Shown: in pieces, positions 8,588-17,139 of the stretch
Numbering within the stretch: the stretch's first letter is position 1
Layout: every line of letters starts with the position of its first letter
NCBI GenBank assembly: GCA_016788485.1
Contig: JAEUSV010000031.1
Location: 20,578-84,577, forward strand
Reading direction: 5' to 3'
Length of the DNA: 64,000 nt
Source of the DNA: Flavobacteriales bacterium
GTDB taxonomy: Bacteria > Bacteroidota > Bacteroidia > Flavobacteriales_F > PHOS-HE28
Notes under the pieces: model-generated
The model's input: only the letters and a program-made list of their open reading frames with translations
What the model was told of the DNA's origin: nothing
Databases searched by the model: none
Program-made: the position numbers and the translations under genes

Positions 8588-9499
8588 CTACAGCACCACG
8601 ATGCGCTCCTGCCCGAGCAGGACCCCGTGGACATCGGTAAGCAGCACCACGTAAGGTCCGGGTGCGAGCCCGGTGAGCGGCAGCTCGATGCGCTCGTTGC
8701 CTGAGGCCGTGGCACGCGCATGGTCCACCAACGAGCCGCGGGCGTCCACCAGCATTACGTGCACCTGTTCCGGCCCGCCGATCAACCGCATGGAGATCCG
8801 GTCCTGGGCCGGCACCGGGTAGAACGCGACCTGCATGGGTCCGCCGGCCGGGGACAGGCCCACGGAGAGCGGACGCAGCAACCCCACCGCAGGTCGCTTC
8901 ATCGAGTTGCCCCAGTATGTGGAGCTTCCCCAGCTCACAAGGCCCGGGTCCATGAGCGAATCCTGATAGGCGTAGGTGGTGGGCGTGCAGTTGTAGGTGT
9001 AGGTGCTGTCCATCACCAACCTTGGGCTGATGCCCGGTCCGCCATTGCGGGTGACCTGGAAGTCGAGGGCAAGGCTGAATGAACCACCGGACCAGCAGAA
9101 CGATCCGGGTATGACGGGAATGACAAGCGGGCCGGTCTGCAGGTGTACACCGGTGGTGTCGCCAAGGGTAACAAGACCCACGCTGATCGGAACGCTTGCG
9201 CACTGCTGGATCACATTCCCCAAGCTCAGCTCGATATCGACCGTGGTTCCTGGGGGATCGGTGTCCAGCACGTCGACCAGGACCCCGATCACGTCGCAAG
9301 CAAGCAGGCCAGGGAACTGTGAAAGCTCGGTCGCGCTGAACAAGTAGGAGGTCCGTGCGGTGGCTGCGATGCCGGTGGGGAAAGGGGTCTCCAATGGGCC
9401 ACTGCTCACGCTGTTCGGCTGGTTGATGTGCAAGGTGTCGAACTGCGCCTGGGTGTTCATGGCGCACAGAAGCAGCAAGAGGCAGGCGGTTTCCTTCAT
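8588..9499 (-). CDS. T9SS type A sorting-domain protein
   Basis: Signal peptide (AQ); C-terminal FYPVPAQD...LVDARG...LAPGPYVV..ERIVVL. Confidence 0.75.
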   Translation of the reverse strand: MKETACLLLLLCAMNTQAQFDTLHINQPNSVSSGPLETPFPTGIAATARTSYLFSATELSQFPGLLACDVIGVLVDVLDTDPPGTTVDIELSLGNVIQQCASVPISVGLVTLGDTTGVHLQTGPLVIPVIPGSFCWSGGSFSLALDFQVTRNGGPGISPRLVMDSTYTYNCTPTTYAYQDSLMDPGLVSWGSSTYWGNSMKRPAVGLLRPLSVGLSPAGGPMQVAFYPVPAQDRISMRLIGGPEQVHVMLVDARGSLVDHARATASGNERIELPLTGLAPGPYVVLLTDVHGVLLGQERIVVL

Positions 9500-9668
9500 G
9501 GTGCGTATGGCTCCAAGAGTGCGGGTCGTTGAACAGACGCCGTCGAACGATCAGGGTTGCCAGGGCGTTCACCGATCGGTCCGCCTGCCTCACCGATCCA
9601 AAGGAAGCCTCCGTCTGATCGGTCGAACATGCGCGGCCACTGCCCGTAACCACCGGAAAACAACACCG

Positions 9669-10175
9669 ATGCAGACCCGTAAGCCTGCCCGCACCCTGGC
9701 CGCCCTCGCCGCCGCCGCGCTCCTGGCGCATGCTCCCGCCCTGGCCGATGCGCCCCCCCGCAACCTCGACGAGGTCACCCTCGTGGGCTGGCTGCATGTG
9801 GTGGACTACGACTTCGCCCTCACCACCGTGGAGGCCGAGGTGAACGGCACGGTGCTGGTGGCGCCGGTCTCCCGCACGGGCCGCTTCACGCTCGCTCTGC
9901 CCGTGAACACCGAGGCCGTGATCCGCTTCGATCACCCGGGCCACGTGGCCAAAGAGGTGAAGGTGGACACGCATTTCGCCCAGGACGGGGAGGTGGGCCA
10001 GCATCCGCGCACGATCCACATGGCCGTGGTGCTCGAGCAGGAGCGCCACATGGCGGGGTACACCTACGCCGGTCCGGTGGGTAGTATCGGCTTCGACAAG
10101 GGCGGTGGATGTGTGGTCGTGGAGAAGACGAAGAAGATGGTGCCTGCGCGCCGCGGCAAGGCGATCGAGTTCTGA
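9669..10175 (+). CDS. Secreted hypothetical protein (prealbumin/CarboxypepD_reg-like beta fold)
   Basis: Signal peptide ALA|DAPP; TGRFTLAL...IRFDHPGHVAKEVKVDT; terminator follows. Confidence 0.7.
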   Translation: MQTRKPARTLAALAAAALLAHAPALADAPPRNLDEVTLVGWLHVVDYDFALTTVEAEVNGTVLVAPVSRTGRFTLALPVNTEAVIRFDHPGHVAKEVKVDTHFAQDGEVGQHPRTIHMAVVLEQERHMAGYTYAGPVGSIGFDKGGGCVVVEKTKKMVPARRGKAIEF

Positions 10176-10191
10176 GCTGAACATCGTCAAC

Positions 10192-10226
10192 CACGGAACC
10201 CCTTGGAAGCCCCAAGGGGTTCTGTG
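10192..10226 (+). terminator. Probable intrinsic terminator
   Basis: CACGGAACCCCTTGG / CCAAGGGGTTCTGTG inverted repeat 16 nt after the stop codon. Confidence 0.65.
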
Positions 10227-10328
10227 CGTTCGGGCATCACCTGCTGAATGTCATTGCTATTTCGTGGGGAATTCTTAAATCTTGAACGATATAAACCCGT
10301 CGTTCGTCGACACAATCTCCCAGCGAAC

Positions 10329-11099
10329 ATGAAACATCAACTCGTTGCTGTGCTGCTCCTGGCAAGCGCATGCTCCTTGCAGGCCCAGGAGGCGGCCCCC
10401 GTGGCCGATGCGTTGTTCAGCCCCAAGCGCATCGTGAAGACCAACCTGGTCTCGTACGGTGTGCTTTCGATCAACGCGAACTATGAGCAGAAGGTGGGCA
10501 CACGCACGAGCGTTGGCCTGCTCACCGGTTTCAAGGTCCCGAGCGTGATCCACGTGGAAGCCATCGGCGAGCTTGATGGGGTGAACCAGACCTACACCGG
10601 GGACGTGACGCCGGAGGGCTTCTACACGAACCCCTACTTCCGGTTCTACACGGGCAAGGCCATGACCGGCTTCTACTTGGAAGGCTTCCTGCGTTACTAC
10701 AACTTCACCTACCTGGTGCCCTACGACTACACCAAGGACGGCCGGGTGATCCGGGCCAACCTGGACGGCACGGCCGATGGCTTCGGCGGTGGCATGGGGC
10801 TTGGCGTGCAGCTGTCGCTGGCGAAGCACTTCTACCTCGACTTCAACGGGGGGCTCGGCGTGGCGAACGGCAGCGCCCACGTGGAGACCAACGACCCGAA
10901 CCTCGACGCCGAGGACTACCAGACGATCAAGACCAACATCGAGAACTCGGCCGATGATGCCGACATCCGCATCATGGTGCTCGACCGCACGATCAACACC
11001 CTGGAGGCCGGTGCGAACGAGACCTCGGCCTGGGCGGACATCGAGAACGAGCTGTTCCCGATCATCCGGCTGGGGATCTCGGTCGGCTACGCGTTCTGA
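10329..11099 (+). CDS. Outer-membrane beta-barrel protein (DUF3575-like)
   Basis: Signal peptide; IVKTNL..., FRFY.GKAMTGFYLEG; ends RLGISVGYAF (terminal Phe). Confidence 0.8.
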   Translation: MKHQLVAVLLLASACSLQAQEAAPVADALFSPKRIVKTNLVSYGVLSINANYEQKVGTRTSVGLLTGFKVPSVIHVEAIGELDGVNQTYTGDVTPEGFYTNPYFRFYTGKAMTGFYLEGFLRYYNFTYLVPYDYTKDGRVIRANLDGTADGFGGGMGLGVQLSLAKHFYLDFNGGLGVANGSAHVETNDPNLDAEDYQTIKTNIENSADDADIRIMVLDRTINTLEAGANETSAWADIENELFPIIRLGISVGYAF

Positions 11100-11157
11100 C
11101 CTTCAGCGGTTGACCGCGCTCATGGCCCGGGGGATGGCACTTCGCCACCTTCGGGCC

Positions 11158-11496
11158 ATGTCCGTTCAAGGGCGGCTGGTGCTGATCAAGGTGGTGCACA
11201 CCGTGATCTGGGTGGTGCTCAGCGCGGTCATCTACTACCTGCTCTACGCCGTCACCGTCGACCGCATCGACCGCTGGTTCTGGTGGGGGCCGGGCCTCGT
11301 CGGGCTCGAGGTCGCCACCCTGCTCGTATTCCGCATGAGCTGCCCGCTCACCGTGGTGGCCCGCCGTTACTCCGGATCCCAACGCGCCAACTTCGACATC
11401 TACCTGCCCGAGTGGCTCGCCCGCCATAACAAGACCATCTACTCGGTGATCATGGGCGTGGTGCTGGCGGGCCTGGTGTGGCGGTTGGTGGGGTAG
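11158..11496 (+). CDS. Small membrane protein (DUF2784-like)
   Basis: IKVVHT, CPLT, FDIYLPEWLARHNK; 3 TM. Confidence 0.7.
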   Translation: MSVQGRLVLIKVVHTVIWVVLSAVIYYLLYAVTVDRIDRWFWWGPGLVGLEVATLLVFRMSCPLTVVARRYSGSQRANFDIYLPEWLARHNKTIYSVIMGVVLAGLVWRLVG

Positions 11497-11513
11497 GGGA
11501 GGTGCTCTAACAA

Positions 11514-11543
11514 CGAAGGCCTCCGGTGTTCCGAAGGCCTTCG
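11514..11543 (-). terminator. Terminator between convergent genes (ftsK side)
   Basis: Minus strand CGAAGGCCTTCGG-AACA-CCGGAGGCCTTCG followed by TTGTT. Confidence 0.7.
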
Positions 11544-11562
11544 CTCAGTGTGTTCGTACCGG

Positions 11563-14172
11563 TCAGAAGCCCCCCACCCCCGGCCCCGCGGCCACACCCG
11601 TGTTGAGGTGCGCGGCCAGGGCGGCCTCGTTGGGGATCATCACGCGGCGGGCCTTGCTGCCCTCGAAGGGTCCCAGTACACCCGCGGCCTCCAGTTGGTC
11701 CACGATGCGACCGGCGCGGTTGTAGCCGAGCTTCAGCTTGCGCTGGATGAGCGAGGTGGAGCCCTGCTGCGTCTGCACCACCAGGCGCGCCGCCTCCTCG
11801 AACATGCTGTCGCGCTCGCCGTCCTCCAGCTCCACGCCGCCCTCGCCCTCTTCGGTGGGCACCTCGGGCAGCAGCAGGGCATCGGGGTAGCCGCGCTGCT
11901 CGCCGATGAACTCGGTGATCTTCTCCACCTCGGGCGTGTCCACGAAGGCGCACTGGATGCGGATGAGGTCGTTGCCGGTGCTCAGCAGCATGTCACCACG
12001 GCCGATGAGCTGCTCGGCGCCGCCGCTGTCGAGGATCGTGCGGCTGTCCACCTTGCTGGTCACCCGGAAGGCGATGCGCGCGGGGAAGTTGGCCTTGATC
12101 GTACCGGTGATGATGTTGACGCTCGGGCGCTGCGTGGCGATGATCAGGTGGATGCCGATGGCGCGCGCCAGCTGGGCCAGGCGGGCGATCGGGGTCTCCA
12201 CCTCGCGGCCCGCCGTCATGATCAGGTCGGCGAACTCGTCCACCACCAGCACGATGTAGGGGAGGTAGCGGTGGCCCTTCTCGGGGCTCAGGCGGCGGCT
12301 GATGAACTTGGCGTTGTACTCTTTGATGTTGCGCACCTGCGCGTCCTTGAGCAGCTCGTAGCGCTCGTCCATCTCGATGCACAGGCTGTTCAGCGTGGCC
12401 ACCACCTTCTTGGTGTCGGTGATGATGGCCTCGCCCTCGCCGGGCAGCTTCGCCAGGAAGTGCCGCTCGATCTTGTTGAAGAGCGTCAATTCCACCTTCT
12501 TCGGGTCCACCAGCACGAACTTGATCTGGCTGGGGTGCTTCTTGTAGAGCAGCGACACGAGGATGGCGTTCAAGCCCACCGACTTGCCCTGGCCCGTGGC
12601 ACCGGCCATCAGCAAGTGCGGCATCTTGGCCAGGTCGGTGACGAAGGTCTCGTTGCTGATGGTCTTGCCCAGCACGATGGGCAGGTCGGCCGGGCTGTTC
12701 TGGAACTTCTCGCTGGCCACCACGGCTCGCATGCCCACCACCTGGGGCTTGCTGTTGGGCACCTCGATGCCGATGGTGCCCTTGCCGGGGATCGGCGCGA
12801 TGATGCGGATGCCCAGCGCGGCGAGGCTCAGCGCGATGTCGTCCTCGAGGTTCTTGATCTTGCTGATGCGCACCCCGGCCTGCGGGATGATCTCGTACAG
12901 CGTGACGGTGGGACCGATCGTCGCCTTGATCTTGTCGATGCCGATGTTGTAGTGGCCGAGCGTTTCGACGATGCGGTCCTTGTTGGCCTCGAGCTCCTCC
13001 TTGGTCACCGTGATCTCGCCGGTGCCATGGTCCACCAGCAGGTCCAGGGGGGGGAGCTCGTAGCTGCTGAGGTCGAGCTTGGGGTCGTACTCGCCGAACT
13101 CCTGCAGCTTGGCCTCGATCTGGTCCTCGGTGAGCATCTTGTCCTCCGCGGCGGCCACCACGCTCATGCCGTCGACGGCGATGGGCACGGCAGGCATGAT
13201 GGGGTCCACCACGGCCTCCACCGGTTGCAACCCTTCGATCTCGAGCGCGGTGCCCTCTTCCTCCTCGGCCACTTCCTCCTCCTCGCTCTCTTCAAGCTCC
13301 AGTTCGACGGCTTCGCTCGCCTCTTCCTCCTCTTCGAGCTCCTCCGCACCGAGCCCCATCACCAGGTCCTCGGGCTCGTGTTCGGCCACGAAGGGCGGTT
13401 CCTCTTCCACGGGCACCACGGGCAGCGGTTGATCGGTGCGCAGGCGGTTGCCGGCGGCGGTGGCGGGCTCTGCGGTCTCCACCTCGTCCACCACCGCGGC
13501 CTTGCGCTCGAACAGGGCGCTCATCCAGCCGAACGAGGGGTTGAAGGTGACCACGGCGAAGGCGCCGGCGGCGAAGAGGATCAGGGCGCCGGTGCCGAAG
13601 GTGCCGAGCATGGCCCCCAGGTGCGCGGTGATGGTGTAGCCGATGCCGCCGCCCAGGAACATGTACGGGGTCTTGGCGAAAAAGAAGCCGAGCAGCGTGG
13701 GCACCCAGAAGAGGGCCATGGCGCTCCAGCCCAAGGTGCGGCGGGCGGGCAGCAGCCAGGTGCCGAGCAGCACGCGCACGCCGGCCAGGAAGCTCCACAG
13801 CACGAACACGAAGGCGGCCACGCCGAACCATTGGTGGATGAACTGGTGGCTCACCAACGCGCCCACCTTGCCCAGCCAGTTCTCCACGTGGATGCTGGCG
13901 TCGAACAGGGCGCTCAGCGGGCGGCTCGTGATGTCCTGGTCGATGCGCCAGGTGAACAGGTAGCTGGTGAAGGCGACCAGCAGGAAGGCGCTGGCCAGCA
14001 CCAGGAAGAGGCCGCCTACCTTGTGCGTGCGCTCGTCGGCCACGAAGGCCTTGAAACGGGCCCAGCGGCCGTCGCCGGTTTCCTTCTTGCGGGACTTGCG
14101 TTCACGCTTGGGGGCCGCCTGTTCCTCGGCGGGAGCCTCCTCACGGATCCGGTTCTTGCGTTCGCTGGCCAC
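11563..14172 (-). CDS. ftsK: DNA translocase FtsK
   Basis: 4TM N-domain, acidic linker, Walker A AGATGQGKS, DEFAD, ATQRPS, gamma domain GYNRAGRIVDQLE; GTG start inferred. Confidence 0.96.
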   Translation of the reverse strand: MASERKNRIREEAPAEEQAAPKRERKSRKKETGDGRWARFKAFVADERTHKVGGLFLVLASAFLLVAFTSYLFTWRIDQDITSRPLSALFDASIHVENWLGKVGALVSHQFIHQWFGVAAFVFVLWSFLAGVRVLLGTWLLPARRTLGWSAMALFWVPTLLGFFFAKTPYMFLGGGIGYTITAHLGAMLGTFGTGALILFAAGAFAVVTFNPSFGWMSALFERKAAVVDEVETAEPATAAGNRLRTDQPLPVVPVEEEPPFVAEHEPEDLVMGLGAEELEEEEEASEAVELELEESEEEEVAEEEEGTALEIEGLQPVEAVVDPIMPAVPIAVDGMSVVAAAEDKMLTEDQIEAKLQEFGEYDPKLDLSSYELPPLDLLVDHGTGEITVTKEELEANKDRIVETLGHYNIGIDKIKATIGPTVTLYEIIPQAGVRISKIKNLEDDIALSLAALGIRIIAPIPGKGTIGIEVPNSKPQVVGMRAVVASEKFQNSPADLPIVLGKTISNETFVTDLAKMPHLLMAGATGQGKSVGLNAILVSLLYKKHPSQIKFVLVDPKKVELTLFNKIERHFLAKLPGEGEAIITDTKKVVATLNSLCIEMDERYELLKDAQVRNIKEYNAKFISRRLSPEKGHRYLPYIVLVVDEFADLIMTAGREVETPIARLAQLARAIGIHLIIATQRPSVNIITGTIKANFPARIAFRVTSKVDSRTILDSGGAEQLIGRGDMLLSTGNDLIRIQCAFVDTPEVEKITEFIGEQRGYPDALLLPEVPTEEGEGGVELEDGERDSMFEEAARLVVQTQQGSTSLIQRKLKLGYNRAGRIVDQLEAAGVLGPFEGSKARRVMIPNEAALAAHLNTGVAAGPGVGGF

Positions 14173-14228
14173 GGGGGTGTGAATGGGCGCGCACGCACGG
14201 AAAGCCCGTACGCGCGCGGGGTTGCGAC

Positions 14229-14236
14229 CAAAAGTA
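14229..14236 (-). promoter_or_regulatory. -7 promoter element TACTTTTG for ftsK
   Basis: Exact TAnnTTTG, 56 nt upstream of the GTG. Confidence 0.6.
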
Positions 14237-14304
14237 TCCGGGCGCCCAGGGAGCAACGTCCCGGGCGCCAGGCCTATTATCAACGGCGGTGTGTGGGGAA
14301 GGGC

Positions 14305-15015
14305 CTAGAGGCTGAAGGTGCCAAGCACCTCCTCCAGTTCGGCGTAAAGCACCTCGGGCGATACCTGTTGGTACTCGCTCTTGGAGGTGAAGCGCTCAGG
14401 GTCCACGGGGCCCGGGGTCACCGAGGTGGCGTCGAGGCGCATGCGCATGCCGTGCTGCACCATCTCGTAGCGCAGCAGCACGCCGGGCACCTCACTGTAC
14501 GGACCGAACCAGTTCGGGTCCTTCATCTCGATGCGGTCGGTGTACCAGAGCTCGGCCTCGGGCTGCGCCAGACCGGGGTACACGGCCACGGCCTTGCGGC
14601 AGGGATAGCCCGCGATGGTGTCCACCTGGTCGGTGTACAGGATCGTGAGCGGCTCGCTCTGGGCGTTGAACTGGTGCAGGTCGCGGGGGTGCAGGTTCGA
14701 CACGAGCTTCTTGCTCATCACGCTCAGGTGATAGTCGACCTGCCGGGCCTCGGCATTGGCCATCATGTGCGTCTTGAACACGCCCATGCCGGCGCTCAGC
14801 TCGGCCACCTGTTTCTCCGGGGTGAAGGCCAGGGTTGTCTTCTCGGGCAACATGTTGGCCATCAGGCCATTGGGGTCGTATTCCGGGAAGCTCAACGCAT
14901 ACTCGATCACGCCCTCCTTCACCTTGCGCTGCAGTAGGTCGTGGCCGCAGCCGCCGAACAGCAGGGCGCCGGCGATGAACAAGGCGGTACCGGTGGTTCG
15001 TCGAAGGATGTCCAT
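14305..15015 (-). CDS. GLPGLI/DUF4412-like lipoprotein
   Basis: Lipobox FGGC; DTIAGYPCRKA...WYTDRI...EVPGVLLRYE. Confidence 0.75.
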   Translation of the reverse strand: MDILRRTTGTALFIAGALLFGGCGHDLLQRKVKEGVIEYALSFPEYDPNGLMANMLPEKTTLAFTPEKQVAELSAGMGVFKTHMMANAEARQVDYHLSVMSKKLVSNLHPRDLHQFNAQSEPLTILYTDQVDTIAGYPCRKAVAVYPGLAQPEAELWYTDRIEMKDPNWFGPYSEVPGVLLRYEMVQHGMRMRLDATSVTPGPVDPERFTSKSEYQQVSPEVLYAELEEVLGTFSL

Positions 15016-15173
15016 GGTCCTGTCGGATTGAAAAGTGCTTCTGTCTACGGGATAATGGGCGGAAAGGTTGCCCCATGGCCTTCCACACGGGGCCGTTGAA
15101 GGCTCGGGAGCCCCCTGCTGACGGGCGCTTCGGGGCCGGTCTACCTTTGGGAGCCCCTTGAACGGGCGTGTGC

Positions 15174-16112
15174 ATGGAAGTACGATTGATCGAGGCCGCC
15201 TCCGAAATCGGGGCCGGCAAGCGGGGAGCGAGCATGGGCATGGCTGCGCTGCGCGTGGCCGCATGGAAGCTGGGCAGCGAGCTCTTCGGCCATGCCGAGG
15301 AGAGCATCCTGCGCGACGAGAACGATGTGCTCTACGAGGACGACAAGACCCCCAACGCCCACCACATCGACGGCCTGATCCGCTTTGAATCGGACCTCGC
15401 GTACGAGGTGTACAAGTTCCTCCGCCACAACATCTTCCCGGTCGTGGTCGGCGGTGATCATTCGATCGCAATCGGCTCGGTGAGCGGCACCAAGATGGCC
15501 TACCCCGACCAGCGCCTGGGCGTGGTGTGGATCGATGCCCATGCCGACCTCCACACGCCGTGGACCACCCCCAGCGGCAACGTGCACGGCATGCCCCTGG
15601 CCCTGCTCATGAACATAGAGAAGCGTGGCAAGAACCGCCCGCGCGTGTTCACCATGGACACTTGGGACCGCCTGCGGAAGATCGGGGTGAACGGCCCCAA
15701 GCTGAAGCCGAGCGACCTGGTCTTCATCGGCCTGCGCGACTATGAGCCCGAGGAGGCGGCGATCATCCAGGAGCATGGCATCAAGGTGATCACGGTGCAG
15801 GAGGTGCGCGAGCGCGGAGTGGAGGCCATCCTGCGCGAGACCCAGGCCCACCTGGCCGCATGCGACAAGGTGCACGTGAGCTTCGATGTGGACAGCCTGG
15901 ACCCCAGCATCTCGGTGGGCACGGGCACGCCGGTGCCCAATGGGCTCTTCCTCGACGAGGCGCGCGGCCTGCTCGCCGGGCTCTGTGCCGATCCGAAGAC
16001 CGCCACGCTCGATGTGGTGGAGATCAACCCCGCGCTCGACAGCAACAACGCCATGGCCGAGAAGGTGCTCACCGTGCTTGAGCCGCTGTACGACATCCTG
16101 CGGGCCCGCTGA
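15174..16112 (+). CDS. rocF: Arginase
   Basis: GGDHSIA, WIDAHADL, SGNVHGMP, SFDVDSLDP, GTGTPV, EINP. Confidence 0.95.
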   Translation: MEVRLIEAASEIGAGKRGASMGMAALRVAAWKLGSELFGHAEESILRDENDVLYEDDKTPNAHHIDGLIRFESDLAYEVYKFLRHNIFPVVVGGDHSIAIGSVSGTKMAYPDQRLGVVWIDAHADLHTPWTTPSGNVHGMPLALLMNIEKRGKNRPRVFTMDTWDRLRKIGVNGPKLKPSDLVFIGLRDYEPEEAAIIQEHGIKVITVQEVRERGVEAILRETQAHLAACDKVHVSFDVDSLDPSISVGTGTPVPNGLFLDEARGLLAGLCADPKTATLDVVEINPALDSNNAMAEKVLTVLEPLYDILRAR

Positions 16113-16123
16113 TCGCCGCCCCG

Positions 16124-17056
16124 ATGGAACAGCTGGCCTCCCGCGTCATCCTCATCCGCCCCACGGGCTTCGGCTTCGACCCGGAGACAGCGGTGAGCAA
16201 TGCGTTCCAGCAGCTGGTCGATGATCCCGACATCCGGCGGCAGGCCGCGGAGGAGTTCGATGCGCTGCTGCAGGCCCTCGACCGCTGCGGCATCGGTACC
16301 ACGGCGCTCGATCCGGTGGACGCCTCCGCACCGAACGCCGTGTTCCCCAACAACTGGTTCAGCACGCACGGCGATGGCACCGTGGTGCTCTATCCCATGT
16401 GCACACCGAGCCGCCGCAAGGAACGCGACCGGGCCTTCGACGAGACCCTGGAGCGCGAGGGCTTCCATGTGAAACGGCTGGTGGACCTGAGCGCCCTGGA
16501 GCAGGCCGACCGCTTCCTGGAGGGCACCGGCAGCCTTGTGCTCGATCGGGTGCGCACCACGGCCTACGCCGCGCTTTCACCGCGCACCAGCGAACGGGCG
16601 CTCAACGCCTGGTGCGGAGTGATGGACGGTCATCAGGTGCCCTTCCTCGCCACCATGGACGGCACCCTCGGCGGTCAGCCCGTCTACCACACCAACGTGG
16701 TGATGAGCATCGGCGAGGGCTTCGCGGTGGTGTGCCTCGATGCGCTGCCCTACCCGGTGGACCGTGAGGATGTGCAGGCCGAGCTGGAGCGGTCCGGCAA
16801 GCGGATCATCCCCATCACCCTGGAGCAGATGCACCGTTACGTGGGCAACATGCTCCAGCTGCAGGCGCAAGCAGGCGGTGCCCGCTTCATCCTGCTCTCC
16901 GAGAGCGCCTTCACCGCGCTGCGTCCCGACCAGCGTCAGGCGCTGGAGCGCGAGGGGCAGCTCGTTCCCGTGCCGATCCCCACGATCGAAACGGTGGGCG
17001 GGGGCAGTGTGCGCTGCATGCTGGCCGAGAATTTTCTTCATCCCACGGGCGCCTAG
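16124..17056 (+). CDS. ctlX: Amidinotransferase superfamily protein (citrulline utilization hydrolase CtlX-like)
   Basis: P.AVFPNNWFSTH, FLEGTGSLVLD, YHTNVVM, IETVGGGSVRCMLAE. Confidence 0.85.
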   Translation: MEQLASRVILIRPTGFGFDPETAVSNAFQQLVDDPDIRRQAAEEFDALLQALDRCGIGTTALDPVDASAPNAVFPNNWFSTHGDGTVVLYPMCTPSRRKERDRAFDETLEREGFHVKRLVDLSALEQADRFLEGTGSLVLDRVRTTAYAALSPRTSERALNAWCGVMDGHQVPFLATMDGTLGGQPVYHTNVVMSIGEGFAVVCLDALPYPVDREDVQAELERSGKRIIPITLEQMHRYVGNMLQLQAQAGGARFILLSESAFTALRPDQRQALEREGQLVPVPIPTIETVGGGSVRCMLAENFLHPTGA

Positions 17057-17139
17057 GTCGGAAGCGCGATCAGCGGGCGCCGAAGCATGGATCTCGATCA
17101 GCCCTTTGCCGGATCGGTGCGAAGGCGACCTTTGCGGTC

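Noticed and set aside
13240-13400. Low-complexity purine/pyrimidine-skewed stretch
   Set aside because: Encodes the Glu-rich disordered FtsK linker, expected for this family.
15041-15090. Cluster of DnaA-box-like words in the rocF divergent promoter
   Set aside because: Each has too many mismatches to the consensus to support a call by eye.
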